From positions 51,082,150-51,120,480 of the forward strand of contig NC_068985.1 in assembly GCF_001194135.2 (NCBI RefSeq): a stretch of DNA of 38,331 nucleotides. The letters are read 5' to 3'. How positions within the stretch are numbered: position 1 is the stretch's first letter; each line of letters begins with the position of its first letter. The stretch comes from Octopus bimaculoides. Taxonomy: Eukaryota. The notes beneath the pieces were generated by a model. The model was not told the origin of the DNA, did not search any database, and was given only the letters and a program-made list of their open reading frames with translations. Shown one piece after another: positions 1-12,840 of the stretch. Position numbers and translations under genes: made by a program.

Positions 1-339
1 TGATAGGATTAGTAATAAAGATGGGGAAAAAAGAGTGAGAGCAACTGATGGATAACAAAAGAGATGGCTGATGGTAGGTAAAAGCAGCAGATGTCAATGA
101 GGATTCTCTTGGGAGAAAAAGAGTGACAGCTAGCAATATAGATGGATAATGATAGGAGGTACTGGATATGAACTGAAACCATGGCATCCCTATTACATAA
201 GCATTGTGATAGATGACAGAGTAACAAAGGATGATGGAAGGGAGATTGAATATGGATATACCATATACACTCCCCTGTTACATGGCTTAGTGAATTGGTG
301 AGAGGGTGAATGATAAATGAGACAACATCAGAAAGAGCA

Positions 340-1400
340 ATATATGCAGACTTAACTGGAATATAAAGGGCAGACAAATCACAAAATGTGCAGAAAACAG
401 CTTCCGTCACATGCCAGGGATAAAAACTAGAAGTAGCTGATAGTTTCCATTACCTAGGTGACCAAGTCAGTAGCAGGGGTGGATGTTCTGAGAGCATAGC
501 TGCTAGAATAAGAATCGCCTGGGCAAATTTCAGAGAGCTCCTACCTCTGCTGGTAACAAAGGGCCTCTTGCTCAGAGTAAAAGGTAGACTGCATGATGCA
601 TATGTGTGAACAGCCATGCTATATGGCAGTTAAACATGAGCTGTGACTGCTGAGGACATGCATAGGCTTGAAAGAAATGAAGCTAGTATGCTCCACTGAA
701 TGTGTAATGTCAGTGTGCGTACATGACAGAGTGTAAGTGCCCTGAGAGAAAAGTTGGACATAAGAAGCATCAGATGTGGTGTGCAAGAGAGACAACTGCA
801 CTAATATGGTCATGTGTTACATATGGATGAGGACAGCTGTGTGAAGAAGTGTCACACTCTAACAGTGTAAGGAACCAGTGGAAGAAGTAGACCCAGGAAG
901 AACTGGGATGAGGTGGTGAAGCACGACCTTTGAACCTTGGGCCTCACAGAGGCAATGACAAGCAGCCGAGAGCGTTGGTAATAGGCTGAGCTTGAGACGA
1001 CCCAGCACGCTGAGTGAGATTGTAGTCATGGCCTATGCCAATGTCGCATAACCGGCCCTTTTAAAAGTGCCCTTCAATTATCTGGCAATATGCTGTGCTT
1101 GAGAAGACCTGTTGAGTCAAGTAAAATCGTTGTCATAGCCAATGCCAGTACCACCTGACTGGCACCCATGCTGGTAGCATGTAAAAAGCACTATTTGAGC
1201 ATGGTCAATGCCAGTACTGCATGACTGGCACCTGTGCCAGTGGAATGTAAAAGGCACCCACTAAAGTCTCAGAGTGGCATCCAGCTGTTGAGACCTTGCC
1301 AGATCAGATTGGAGCTTGGTGCAGCCTCCTGGTTTGCCAATCCTCAGTCAAACCGTCCAATCCATGCCAGCATGGACGTTAAACAACGACGAAGATGACG
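340..1400 (+). mobile_element. RTE-clade LINE, 5'-truncated: decayed RT C-terminus plus 3' UTR and (GAC/GAT)n tail
   Basis: Frame +1 from 424 reads KLEVADSFHYLGDQVSSRGGCSESIAARIRIAWANFRELLPLL...GRSRPRKNWDEVVKHDL with several in-frame stops. FxYLG, RIxxAW and GRPRKxW are RTE RT C-terminal motifs. The 3' tail (1140-1400) recurs elsewhere in the window. Confidence 0.92.
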
Positions 1401-1559
1401 ACAAGGAGTCACCTGCTGGCTTATTCCTCAGTGGATTCTCCTTGTTGCTTCAGTGATTTGAGAAATAACACAAAGATTGTACAAAATTGCATAAAAAAGT
1501 GGAAAGAATTAATTCATGAAATGATAATTTCTGACATAGGCACAAAGCCAGAAATTTGT

Positions 1560-1745
1560 TGGAAGGGGAACAGTTAATTATATCAACATCAGTTCTCAAG
1601 TGGTTCTTTATGTTATTGACCCTTGAAAGTGAAAGGCAAAGCTGGCTTTGTTAGGATTTGAATTCAAAATGTAAAAAGCCAAAACAAATACCACAAGGCA
1701 TTTTGCTTGCTGCTTTAACAGTTCTACTAATTCACCGATAGCATC
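1560..1745 (-). mobile_element. Decayed short tRNA-headed SINE (family B)
   Basis: Shares ttattgacccttgaaag-tgaaaggcaaag...atttgaattcaaaa...aaggcattt with the better copy at 27604-27800. Confidence 0.7.
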
Positions 1746-1869
1746 ACAATAATACTACACTGAAATAAATATTAGGGACAAAATTATCAATTTAGAATCC
1801 TTTACAGCGGTGTCCAACATGCCTGCAGTCCAATGATAGAAATTAGTGAAACAATAAAAGAATTAGTAA

Positions 1870-1919
1870 AACACACACACACACATGCACAGAGTGACAC
1901 AAACAAAAAGGAAACAAGT

Positions 1920-1958
<39 letters not shown>

Positions 1959-2072
1959 CATAATTCAAAAGTATACAGTCATACATTCAGACACAATTAC
2001 TCACACACACCTGCACAGAGAAATACACCAAAAAGAAAGTACGCATGCACACACACACACACACACACACAC
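1870..2072. repeat. Interrupted (CA)n microsatellites
   Basis: Three CA runs, which produce the HTHT/THTH ORFs in the track. Confidence 0.95.
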
Positions 2073-2339
2073 ATTCCACTGTTATTTTGTTCAATATTGT
2101 GGTCATTTTTTCATTTGATGTTTCTTCACATGTTTTTATGTTACTAAATTTTATGAGAACCATGAGAATGGTTAAAGAGAACAGATGGGAAATTATAATA
2201 TTGATTAGAACAAACCATCATATTTGTTTGAGAAATGTTATAAGCTCACAGCTGGTTAATTGAATGACTATGAACTACTTGTAAAAATTCAGTGGTTTTA
2301 TATCCTGTCACTAGTATTTGTCTTTCATTTATCTCTTTA

Positions 2340-2780
2340 CTGAGGAGTTGAGTATGTTATCAATGACCCTTTACAGGGCCTCTGAGACATGTGGGAGGGA
2401 TGGAGAGGGAAAAGTATCCTCAGATTAGAGATCTGGCCCAAATGCTCACAGCAGAGTGAATTCCACTAAAGGTACACAAAGTGCCTGGTAGTGGTATTAA
2501 ACCGGCAATGGAATGATTAAATCTACCACCCAAGTAGGTTATACTGGAATTTGAACTCAGAACACAATGAGTTAAAGCAAATACTGCAAGGCATCTGTTC
2601 TAATGCTCTAATGTTTGTGCCAGTCCACCACCTTAGACTGGTGCATTATTTATTGACTTTGGAAGGATGAAAGGCAAAGATGACCTTGGTATGATTTGAA
2701 CTCAGAACACAAAATGCCAAAACCAATACTGAAAGCATTTCATCAGATGTTATAATGACTCTTCCCATTTACCAGATTTG
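2340..2780 (-). mobile_element. Cluster of decayed family-B SINE copies
   Basis: Repeated atttgaactcagaacac and tattgac...gaaggatgaaaggcaaag motifs. Confidence 0.65.
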
Positions 2781-2959
2781 TTGTATGTCTATGTTGATAA
2801 AAATGCTTAAATTCTAATGAACCAACCACATATCTACATATTAGGGAGAATCGCAACATTTGAGTGTTTTGTAGCTTGTGGTTCTGAGTTCAAATTCTGT
2901 TAAGTATGTGAGCCATAATGTAGACAACAGCTTGCTTCAATAAAAGTAAACTAATATAG

Positions 2960-3140
2960 GATTCACTCACCAGTCACTCACTCTGTTAGAAATAACAGCT
3001 AGATATCCCTCAAAACTTTATCATAATAAAAAAAGAAAAAGACATTTTAGTCCTAGGTATATGCAAAAATTATATGGTCATGGTTGGAATGCCTTTAATC
3101 ACAGATCTGTTCAATCAGATATGCTGGAGCTAAACAACAG
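2960..3140. repeat. Dispersed ~200-bp repeat ending in gctaaacaac (similar copies near 4740-4940, 15770-15900, 26920-27020, 28080-28200, 35240-35360, 38250-38331)
   Basis: Recurrent motifs aatcacacc...tggtcatggttggaatgcctttaatcacagatctg...gctaaacaac. Class not determined. Confidence 0.55.
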
Positions 3141-3489
3141 CAGCAACTGCCATCACCACCACCACTACTTCAAAATATAAACAAGTTTAATAAAACAACA
3201 AGTAAATTCTTGTAGTGCCACTTATACTTCATATAAATGCAAGCCAGTCTACATGGCCATTTGATCTGATAAGAATAGCAGTGAAATTTCACTCATAACA
3301 CATCCTATGTAAAAGGAGTCCTACACATTCTACAACTTTCACACACAAACATGTATGACTTGGCTACATGTATCATACTTTTGTGTCTTAAGTGCTCATG
3401 TAGTCATTAGTAGAGCAGACACAGACACACTATTGACCCTCTTACTCTTGATCAAACAGGTTATCCATGATTATAACAGCAGCAGGTGG

Positions 3490-3650
3490 AGAAGGCTACA
3501 CCAGCACTGGGTTGGTACTTTATTTATTGACACTGAAAGGATGGAAAACATAGTGGACATCAGCAGGATTTGAACTCAGTGTGCAGAAAGTTGGAACAAA
3601 TATTACGATGCATTCTATCTGACACTCTAACAGCTCTGCCAACCAGTTGT
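3490..3650 (-). mobile_element. Decayed family-B SINE
   Basis: ttggtactttatttattgacactgaaaggatggaaaac...atttgaactcag...ctctgccaacc. Confidence 0.65.
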
Positions 3651-3799
3651 TTTTATTCTAGGTATAGAATACCTGGAAAATAAAACAAAATGATCATCAA
3701 TGCTTTTCATCATAGATATAGTTGAACAACAACTGATTTATTGAATTACAATAAATTTTATTTTATTTTTTTATCAGTCTCTGATGCCAGTTTATTCTT

Positions 3800-4215
3800 A
3801 TATTTTAAGGGTTTAATCTGGAAGGAGGAGCTGTGTTCAGAGTCTTCTCAAGTCCTTCAAGACTGGTGAGATTGGTGTGGTTAATCTTCCTTTTAAATAA
3901 CTAGTTACAAGCAGAGAGGGTATTCTGGAGGCTTGATGTTTGTAAAAGGAAGGGCTGGGTGCACTAGTTACTACAGGTGGTGAAGGATAGCAGTGAGAAG
4001 AGGCAAAATGGTCTCTGGGGAGCAGATGACACAGTAAAAGCAATAGCAAAGGCAGAGAAAAAGAGTGAGAAAAATGTCAGCTCATCTGTGATCCAGAGGT
4101 TAGAGAGTTTTGGCATACTAATCAGTTAGATGGGTTTTTTAATGCAGTTCTAGAATGTCTGAATGTGTAATAAATGCAGCAGCCCAGATGAAGCTGCAAT
4201 ACTTCATTTATTAGA
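3800..4215 (-). mobile_element. CR1/L2-like LINE, decayed ORF2 C-terminus
   Basis: With frameshifts the minus strand reads MKYCSFIWAAA..., PLDHR, LCLCYCFYCVICSPE and LFKRKINHTNLTSL. These match the CR1/L2-type C-terminal pattern EYCSHIW...PLAHRR..LCLFYRYY.G.CS.E...LFKxxIN. Confidence 0.75.
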
Positions 4216-5759
4216 AATGACACAGCGTCGCACAATAAATGTAAAAGATCACTGAATTATCAGTCAAAACTAGGATAAGAATAGAACGTAAGACATTATT
4301 ATGAAAAAAAAACACTCTAATGTAAACAATGTTAACAGAAAACGGTTGACAGAATTAATGAAAGGCATGTTTTGTTGAAGAGGAACAAAAGTGTATCAGT
4401 GCAAGAAAAATTAAAGGTTGCTGTGTATACCTAGGTCATCCCTAAGAGAGGAGACTGCATATAATGACTGAGACAGTGAGGGTTTAAGTTTACTGTACTT
4501 TTCACATGACCAAGTGGTCTTTTATTTTGAGCATTTTTAATTCAATGTCTAAGTGGTCTATGTTCAATCTCTGATGAAGCATAATGTGTTGTTCTGTGTT
4601 TTAAATATTTATTAAAAACACTTTCAAAAGAAATTAGATGGAACCACTTCCACCAGGAGACAAAAATAAATTCACAATGTTCAGCATGATAATCAGTAAT
4701 ACAAGTTGTTTTTGTACCAGCATGGTTATTTGAACTGCAAAAATGTCATAAAAGTCAAGTCTCCATAAAATCACACCCTATGCCAAAGAAGAAGGTGAAA
4801 GAGGAAAAGGAAAAGGAGGAGAAGGGGGATTTAAAGAGTCCCAGAAACACTACATCTAAAATGGAAAAAACAGGGAGGGTCCCAACTGGAAGTCTTTAAT
4901 AGATTTCCTCAATCAGTGCTGGCTTTAGCTAAACAACACTAATATATATGTTAGACTACATACAGTCAATAAATTAATTGTAGGTGCTTCCAAATACACA
5001 TCTTATAAGGTAATATATATAAGAAGAATACAAGCCCAGATGACATAGCTGAAACAGCCAGCATGATAAAAAGAAAGGCCAATAGCAAACACAACACACG
5101 ACATAATATTAAATCCAACATCAAGTAACCAAAAGGAAACTGGTTTCATGAAACTTTGTTTGTGTGGTTGAAAAAGGGTGAAAGCTAAGTTTTAATGTAT
5201 GCAGTTAATTATTTTGACTGCATGCATAATGAATCTATCTTGGTTCATTGAGTGTACAGGACTTGAAAGATTCCTTGCATTCTCTCTTGTCGGCTAGTAT
5301 ACTGGAAATAAAAGTTATCAGCTGAAATACTTGGATACTTGCTTAAAGAGTCCCCTAATCTATCACCATATTTTGTGGACCTTGATGGATCCATTTTATT
5401 TTTGTTGGTAACAAGAGGAACAATATGAATTCATAACATACAGAGTTGAAACAGATGATGTAACATTCTGTTAATCCACCATCCTGACTGGAAATTTATT
5501 TATTAACTCTTAAAGGATGAAAAGCAAGATTTGAACACAGAGTGGAGAGAGCATGAACAAATATCACAAGGCATTCTGTCCAATACAAGTAATTTACTGC
5601 TTTATACCATGCTCATATTTATATCATATCTATACCATACTTATCAAGATATACAATAGCTCTGCTATGCTGAGGAGCATACTGCATGCTTTGAGATGCA
5701 GTGGCATACAATGTTTCAGTCTGGAGACATTATACAAACTCCACTGTCTAATTTATTTT

Positions 5760-6700
5760 TTCATACCTGCAGATCCACGGGAGGAGGATAAAGGAAACTC
5801 AGTCAGGATATGACAGTTGCTCACTCTCTGTTCCTCTGTACTTATCATTGGTGTACATTTCAGGATAATGTTTATGGTTAATGAGGCCATTAATATTGTT
5901 GATATTTTTGTGTGAATGTGTATTTTCTTATGTTTGTCTGAACCAAATAGGATAGATAGTGTTTCTTTTGGTAATGATTTCATAGTGGTATATTATGTGT
6001 GGAATGTTTCATAGTGGTATATATGTGTGGAATGTTTGAATGCGATTTTTTTTTAATGGAGTGGCAGAAACTGTGAAGGTTAGAACCACAAATTTTTTGT
6101 TCTTTGTAGTTTAATTTGGGGAGACTGGGGATCCAAGAAATGATGGCATAATCCATGCTGGGTCTAATGTACTGTTTGTATACCATCGTTGTTGTATTTT
6201 TCACTTGGCTGTGCATCATTTCGTTTTGTTTATTACGTCTTCCATGTTTATGGTGAGCATTGTGAAGATGTTGTCATGCAACACTTAACGCTTTTGTTTT
6301 GCTCTGTGTGTGTGTGTGTGTGTGTTTTATGTTTATGTTTTGAATGTGATGTTTGGCAGTATTTGATGTTGTCTGGTATTACATTAGGAAGTAGAATTAT
6401 AAATTTGGCAATTGTGTTGTTTTAGAATCAGATTTCTCAGTGATTGATAGACAGTTGGAGTAGTTGTGCTGCTGTATCTGCAGAACATGAACAGCAGGGG
6501 GATATGAATGCACTGTCATCTGCATACAAGCTGTGTGAATGTTTAGAATACTTTTTTTTTTTGATGGTTGGATGAATTTTGAAAGAGATTTGACTGATAA
6601 TTTTAGAAGAGTGTGCAACTATATAGAACATTAGGTAGTACAGCTTGTTAAAGCAAGAAGTTGCTGAATTGTAGAAGAGTGGCAAAAAAGAGATTCATTT
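5760..6700 (-). mobile_element. Jockey/I-like LINE remnant with RT catalytic motif
   Basis: YADD at 6515-6526 (SLYADDSAFIS) and the downstream RT motif YKQYIRPSMDYA. Many stops and frameshifts, plus a ~30-bp tandem duplication at about 5980-6035. Confidence 0.8.
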
Positions 6701-6824
6701 GCTAGTTGTGTTGAGTTCAATTCTTAGTAGAAGATTTGTTTTTTCAGCTGTCTGCTTAATACTACAGAAACTAAATGTAAGAAATGAACCAATCCTATGA
6801 CTTTGAAACCAGAAGGATAACATA

Positions 6825-6826
6825 GA

Positions 6827-6860
<34 letters not shown>

Positions 6861-7010
6861 ATGTGTGCCTGCGCGCCTGCACGCCTGCATACGTGTGTGT
6901 GTATGTGAGTATTTGTGTGTATTTTGTGTGTGTGTGTATGTATATATGTATGCAGAAATGTATGTATAAACATATGTATGTACATACATATGTATGTACA
7001 CATACATGCA
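6825..7010. repeat. Compound (GT)n/(GC)n/(ATGT)n microsatellite
   Basis: Directly visible. Confidence 0.95.
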
Positions 7011-7215
7011 TGGTTATCATCATCATCATCATCATCTTCACCATTTAACATTCATTTTCCATGCTAGCATGGCCTGAATTTTTTTTAAGGATCTGGTGAG
7101 TCCAAGGACCATATTGTACTCCAGTGTCTGCTTTGGCATGGTTTCTATGGTCGATGCCCTTTCTAATGCCAGCCACTTTACTGAGTGTACTGGGTACTTT
7201 TTCATGCCACCAGTA
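7011..7215 (-). mobile_element. RTE-type 3' tail ending in (GAT)n
   Basis: Reverse complement of the tail seen at 17850-18032. Confidence 0.8.
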
Positions 7216-7328
7216 CTATCGAGCTCACCATGCAGCTCACAAAAGTATAATCCCTGAAGAAGTAGGGTCAGTAGCTTTATACTATTTGATGAAGGGTTAA
7301 ATTATGCAAGAAGGGTCAATACCAGAGC

Positions 7329-7650
7329 ATGTTTTGTAGAAAAGCTGTATGGTTAACATGTACCCCACAACATAGACTGGCAGTTAATGACTTCAGGATC
7401 AGGGCTAAATGGATGCCCAGAAGACGACCAGTTTGGAGGAGAAGGGTCTGGAAGCTTAAAGATCCTGCGAATGGACAGAGATTTAGAGACGTATTACTCG
7501 AAGCCTTTGATGAAATAGAAGGGGATATAGCTTCACACGATGTGGAAGACAACTGGGGGTTTCTACGGGACAACCTGCTGAGGACCACTGACCAGATCTG
7601 TGGATGGTGCGAAGTCCCCTCTCCACCTAAAATAAGGTGGTGGTGGAACA
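7329..7650 (+). mobile_element. RTE LINE internal fragment (end of APE domain and linker), stop-free
   Basis: PQHRLAVNDFRIRAKW...WKLKDP...EDNWGFLRDNLL...CGW...WWWNN is the typical RTE post-endonuclease linker. Confidence 0.88.
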
Positions 7651-8284
7651 ATATTTTAAAATATAAAATTTATGGAGAGTTAGGGCTTTAAATGAACAAA
7701 CATCAGACTGGACATACAGAGTAAAAAATCGACGAATTGCAATGGGTAATGCCTGGGAGAAATTTTGAAAGGATGTAGAATAAATAGAAGAGAAAGAAAA
7801 GAAGAGAAAAAGTAGTAGGAGAGACAAAATAGTAGAAGAGAAAAAAATATTGAGAGGTGAGAGAAATTAATGTTCAGTTGGCTGGACTTCCCATCCAAAA
7901 CAGAATTCCATTGGATTTGGAAAACAAAGCTATCACCTTCAACTGAACACCAATGCAGGATGCTTGTTTGAATTAGTTCACTTTGAAAACATCATGAGTG
8001 ATAGACCTTTGTTGAAATTGCAGCGACTAGGATGTATAATTGCATACAGAGCAATGTGCAGTCACTGCAGTCAAAATATATGTAGGTCAGTGTTATATAT
8101 CTTGTAGCAAACTTTTTGATAACAAGTTTTGGGTGTGAATAAATCTCCACTCTGCTCTTGGCTATCAATTACATATTCTACAGAATATTTGCAGTTCTGA
8201 ATAGGAGCATGGAACTACCCAATGAGTGAAGCTCACAAGTATCAATATCTCTTTTAAGCTTGAGTACTATGTATATATATATTT

Positions 8285-8420
8285 GGCATTAAGAAGGGCA
8301 TCCAGCTGTAGAAACTTTGCCAGATTAGATTGGACCTGGTGCAGCCTTCTGGCCTGCCAGTCCTCAATCAAACCATCCAACCCATACCAGCATGGAAAGT
8401 GGATGTTAAACAACAATGAT
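8285..8420 (+). mobile_element. Short RTE-type 3' tail copy
   Basis: tggcattaagaagggcatccagctgtagaaac...catggaaagtggatgttaaac. Confidence 0.85.
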
Positions 8421-8516
8421 ATAGACAATATATATGTATATATCTATATATATATATATATATATGTGCATATATGGGTGCAGGACATCACAAAATGTAA
8501 ACAGCATGAAATACGA

Positions 8517-8550
<34 letters not shown>

Positions 8551-9099
8551 NNNNNNNNNNNNNNNNNNNNNNNNNNNNNNNNNNNNNNNNNNNNNNNNNN
8601 NNNNNNNNNNNNNNNNNNNNNNNNNNNNNNNNNNNNNNNNNNNNNNNNNNNNNNNNNNNNNNNNNNNNNNNNNNNNNNNNNNNNNNNNNNNNNNNNNNNN
8701 NNNNNNNNNNNNNNNNNNNNNNNNNNNNNNNNNNNNNNNNNNNNNNNNNNNNNNNNNNNNNNNNNNNNNNNNNNNNNNNNNNNNNNNNNNNNNNNNNNNN
8801 NNNNNNNNNNNNNNNNNNNNNNNNNNNNNNNNNNNNNNNNNNNNNNNNNNNNNNNNNNNNNNNNNNNNNNNNNNNNNNNNNNNNNNNNNNNNNNNNNNNN
8901 NNNNNNNNNNNNNNNNNNNNNNNNNNNNNNNNNNNNNNNNNNNNNNNNNNNNNNNNNNNNNNNNNNNNNNNNNNNNNNNNNNNNNNNNNNNNNNNNNNNN
9001 NNNNNNNNNNNNNNNNNNNNNNNNNNNNNNNNNNNNNNNNNNNNNNNNNNNNNNNNNNNNNNNNNNNNNNNNNNNNNNNNNNNNNNNNNNNNNNNNNNN

Positions 9100-9136
<37 letters not shown>

Positions 9137-9199
9137 CACACACACACATATATATATATGTATGTATGATATAAGTTGCTCTGGTTAGAGATACTACAC

Positions 9200-11220
9200 T
9201 TGATGACTGGCATGCTACTCTTTAAATGACAAGGTGGACAGGCATCACTGACCCTCATTCATCTTTTAGTCTCTGGCATGTGACTCCCAGCACCATCTCT
9301 TGATAAATCACTTCAGCTGGTAGATAAATGTGAGTGGGTGGTATTTACAATGTACCACTGGGCAAATGACTTTTATTATGAAACCACTGGCTATGTTGGA
9401 AAAAGATCCCAGACTATACTATAATGTCCTTGCATTCACAACCAAAGTAAACCTCCTAACTGGAAGTTATCAGTTGTGATCAAACATAGAAAAAACTTGG
9501 CTTCCTTAGGATCTCATGCTCAAGATACATCATATGATAAATGAGGAAGAAATGAAAAAATAACTCTAAACTCTATACCAGATAGTTCACAGCCCAGATT
9601 AATGATGGCCATGACATCTGTCTTTCACCAGGTCGGATGTGATAAACATGCTATTGGGGACCCATCAAAAAATATTTATGGCATCATGATTATCACATGG
9701 AATATATGAACCCTGAATCACAATGGGGAATCTAAAAGCACTCACATAGGAGATAGAAAGGTACAGATGGCACCTCCTCACATTCTGTGAAACCAAATGA
9801 TAAAATACTGGGGAAAATAGACTGAAGAAGGATATGTATTCTACTTCAGTTGAGAGGAGAATTACACTTCAAATTATGTAGGATCCCTAGTTAACAAATT
9901 CATCAAGAACATTGCATAGACTGCCAACCAGTGTCAAGTAGGATCATTTCCATCTGCCTACAGGTAAAGCCTTTCAACATTACAGCAGCACAAGTCTGTG
10001 CTCCAACTGACTATGATAATGAACGGGGTGAAGTTATTTAAGATGTCATCAATAAGACAGATAAAGGATATACTTATCATTCAAGATGACTGAAATGTTG
10101 AGGTAGGGAATGATGTGCAAGGTGACTGGGGGAATTCTATCAGCCCTTCATGTGATGTAATTTCAAAGGAGAAGGGAGTGTACCTACTGGAATTTGTCAG
10201 ATATAACAATATGGTGCCACAATTACCTTTGATAAGCACAGAGTATCTCATATATAGACTTGTCATACCCCCAACAGATTACACTACTAAATCGACTCTA
10301 TCTTAACACAAGGACAGTACAAAACTAGAGTAAATAAAGAAAAAACAAAAACATTCCCAGAGCAAATATAGATAGTGATCATGATGTTACGATGAAATTC
10401 AGGGTGGGGTGTGCTTGAAAGGAATCAGCAAGCCGAAAGTTAGCTGGTTAAGATTTGATACCACAAACCTTAAAGACCTGGCTATCTCTGAAGAACAATT
10501 AGTGGAAAATTTGTATCACTACTCCTCCTCAAAGAAGACCTTGAGACTGCAACATAACAAGTTCAGATGCTATGATGACAGAGATGGAAAGTGAGGTTCT
10601 GGAGAAAGACCATCACAAATCCAAACAATAGACTACAAATAAAATATTGAACATATGTGTCAAAAGAAGGATAAGAAAAACAACAGGGGAAAGAACAAAA
10701 GATAGGATAATCGATTAAGGAAGAAATAACATCATTATCAACAACAAAATCAAACTTCTGCATGCACTTGTACTTTCCATCTTGTACTCATGCATGACAT
10801 GCATTCTCTCAGCATAGATTCAGAGTAAGATATAGGCATGGTAAATGAGATACTGCCACGACATCTTAAGTATTTTGTACCAGGACCACATTACAAATGA
10901 GTTTGTGAAACCATTAGCACTGCATTGGTTCTCATGAACATTTTCTCACAATGGTGAAGAAAAGAAAGCTAAGATGGTAGGGTCATATAACAAGATCTAA
11001 TAGCCTTGCAAAAACTATTCTTCAAGGAACAGTGGAAGGTAAAAAAAAAACTATAAATGGGTAGAGGAAAAGATGAACAAACAACATCAAAGAATGAATG
11101 GGAAATTTGTTGGCAGTGACCCAAGCTGTGGCCCACTTAAGAGAGAGATGGTGATTACTGGTATGCAATTTGTCACAATGGGATTCCTATGACTCCATTG
11201 GTAGTTAAGGGACAAATACA
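9200..11220 (+). mobile_element. RTE (BovB-like) LINE, decayed, with most of the RT core deleted
   Basis: APE motifs ITWNI.TL (~9690), SSRIISI.LQ..PFNIT..QV.APT, and GD.N. A linker follows, then an abrupt jump near 10760 to the C-terminal KRKLRW.GHITRSN.LAKTILQGTVEG motif. The 5' boundary is uncertain. Confidence 0.88.
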
Positions 11221-11329
11221 AAGACATGACATACACATATATATATTATGAATGTATTTATGTATGTACATGGACATATGTCTGTGTTGCTGTGGCTTAC
11301 AGCTGGTCAACTCATAGAAACTTCTAGTT

Positions 11330-11830
11330 ATCCCCTATATTATCTAGGACTTCTCTAAACCATGTCTAGCAGAGAAATCTTTCAGCTTCCTTATCTTCTT
11401 TTTCAGATTGTCGTGTGTCTCAAGGCCCACGTGGCTCTTACTCTGAAGTCACTAACCTTATTTTGAATGAGTTAATGTTGACCGGTACAGTCTTCTCTGG
11501 GAAAGAATTTGCATTTACCATTATCTGTTTATTCCATTTCTGGTGAATACGTATCCTGTCTGGCTGGTGATAGGAGATCAGATGGCTGGCCAGTTTCCTC
11601 AACTTAGCATTGCAAATACTTAGGCTATTTGCATCCCAGGGATCCAAGAGCCTTGAGTTAGCTTCATTCTCCTTATGCCCCATTTCTCTTATCATATCAA
11701 TAACTTCCATATATACTAGAGTAGCCATCATGGTGTTGCCCAATATAGTCATTAAAGTCATCATTAATGATAACAATGATTCTGTCATTTGTTTTAGAGG
11801 TGGCTCACAAGAGGGCCTCATAGTTACAAT
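11330..11830 (-). mobile_element. RTE LINE endonuclease-domain fragment, decayed
   Basis: Alternative minus frames give NDxNGHIGQH.DGY.SIYG.Y.YDKRNG.GE and VSDFRVRA...WKLK, similar to 7329-7650. Confidence 0.75.
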
Positions 11831-11869
11831 ATCTTTGTTCATCTGTGAGTCCTGATTCTGAGTCATGTG

Positions 11870-12300
11870 TACTACAATGTGAGCTACCTGGTTAAGAAGT
11901 TTGCTTTGCAATCATGTAGTTTTTAAGTTTGGTTCCATTAAGTGACAGCTTGAGCAAATGTCTTCTTCTATGGCTTCAAAATGACCACAAATGCTTGGTG
12001 AGTGAAATTATTAGTTGGAAATTTGATGAAGTCCTCTCTGTATGTGTGTGTGTGTGTGTGTGTGTGAACGCTTGTATGTATATGTATGTGTGTTTGATTG
12101 TATATGTCTGTTTCTATTTTTATATTGACACCACTTAAAAGACTCTTTGTTTATGTCTCTTAACTTAGCAGTTTGTCAAATAAGTTGTAAGATCAATCTG
12201 TTCAACAAAAATCCTTCACGATGATGCCCCAGCATGGCCATAGTTCAATGAATGAATGAAACTGTTAGAATAAAAAAAATAATAAATAAATAAAACTTTC
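11870..12300 (+). mobile_element. Decayed family-A tRNA-headed SINE
   Basis: Head ggttaagaagtttgctttgcaatcatg, central (TG)n and tail cccagcatggccatagttcaatgaatgaaac, colinear with 13127-13520. Confidence 0.75.
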
Positions 12301-12719
12301 TGATAAAAGCAGATCTTACAAAAGCAGATCTGGTTCTCACTCCACCTGAATAGTTAAACTCAGGGAACACAATGAAAACAAAGCATTTGTTATCTCATGG
12401 CAAGTTTTAGTTTAGAGGAGTTGTGAGAAGATTGCACTGACCTAAGAATTGCACTGAATTACTTCTATTTTGACTGCAAACTTAAGAGGAAAGAAAGAGA
12501 TAGAAAAAGAGAAAGGAGGAAGATAGATGAGTAGAGAAGCAAGAGCATGACCGAAAAAGAGAGAGAGAAAACAGTGATAAAGGGAAGTAGGAGAGAAGTA
12601 AACAGTGTTCCACAAATCTACATAGAAAATGTGCAGGTAGCTTTGAGGACAACACAAAACTTTATCTCTCTAAAAATAAGTTGGCTGACAATATTGTCTG
12701 CTGCAGCAGATAGCAACAT

Positions 12720-12840
12720 TTATGTATATATGTTGATATCATCATCATTATGATTGTCATGATCATGATCAACACCACCACCACCACCACCACCATCATC
12801 ATCAACATCATCATTGTTACCATCATCATCATCATCATTC
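12720..12840. repeat. (CAT)n/(CAC)n microsatellite
   Basis: Directly visible. Confidence 0.9.

Noticed and set aside
1833-2263. HTHT/CVCV/YIYI ORFs here and at 6695-7051, 13425-14797, 16289-16881, 18730-19065 and 22541-22867
   Set aside because: They are translations of dinucleotide microsatellites.
3810-3900. Exon-like signals on both strands and a minus-strand stop followed by AATAAA
   Set aside because: Explained as the 3' end of a decayed CR1/L2-like LINE.
5240-5395. 49-codon minus-strand ORF MDPSRSTKYG...VLYTQ
   Set aside because: No convincing splice sites or homology, and within chance length.
5767-5860. Strong acceptor (+) and donor (-) around cctgcag
   Set aside because: Lies in the tail of the Jockey/I-like LINE remnant.
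7877-8107. ~77-codon open plus-strand frame
   Set aside because: No recognisable domain and no partner exons on that strand.
8226-9258. Long ORFs spanning the N gap (also 22919-23794, 34102-34591 and most of 35497-36248)
   Set aside because: Their length comes from Ns and TA/GA microsatellites.
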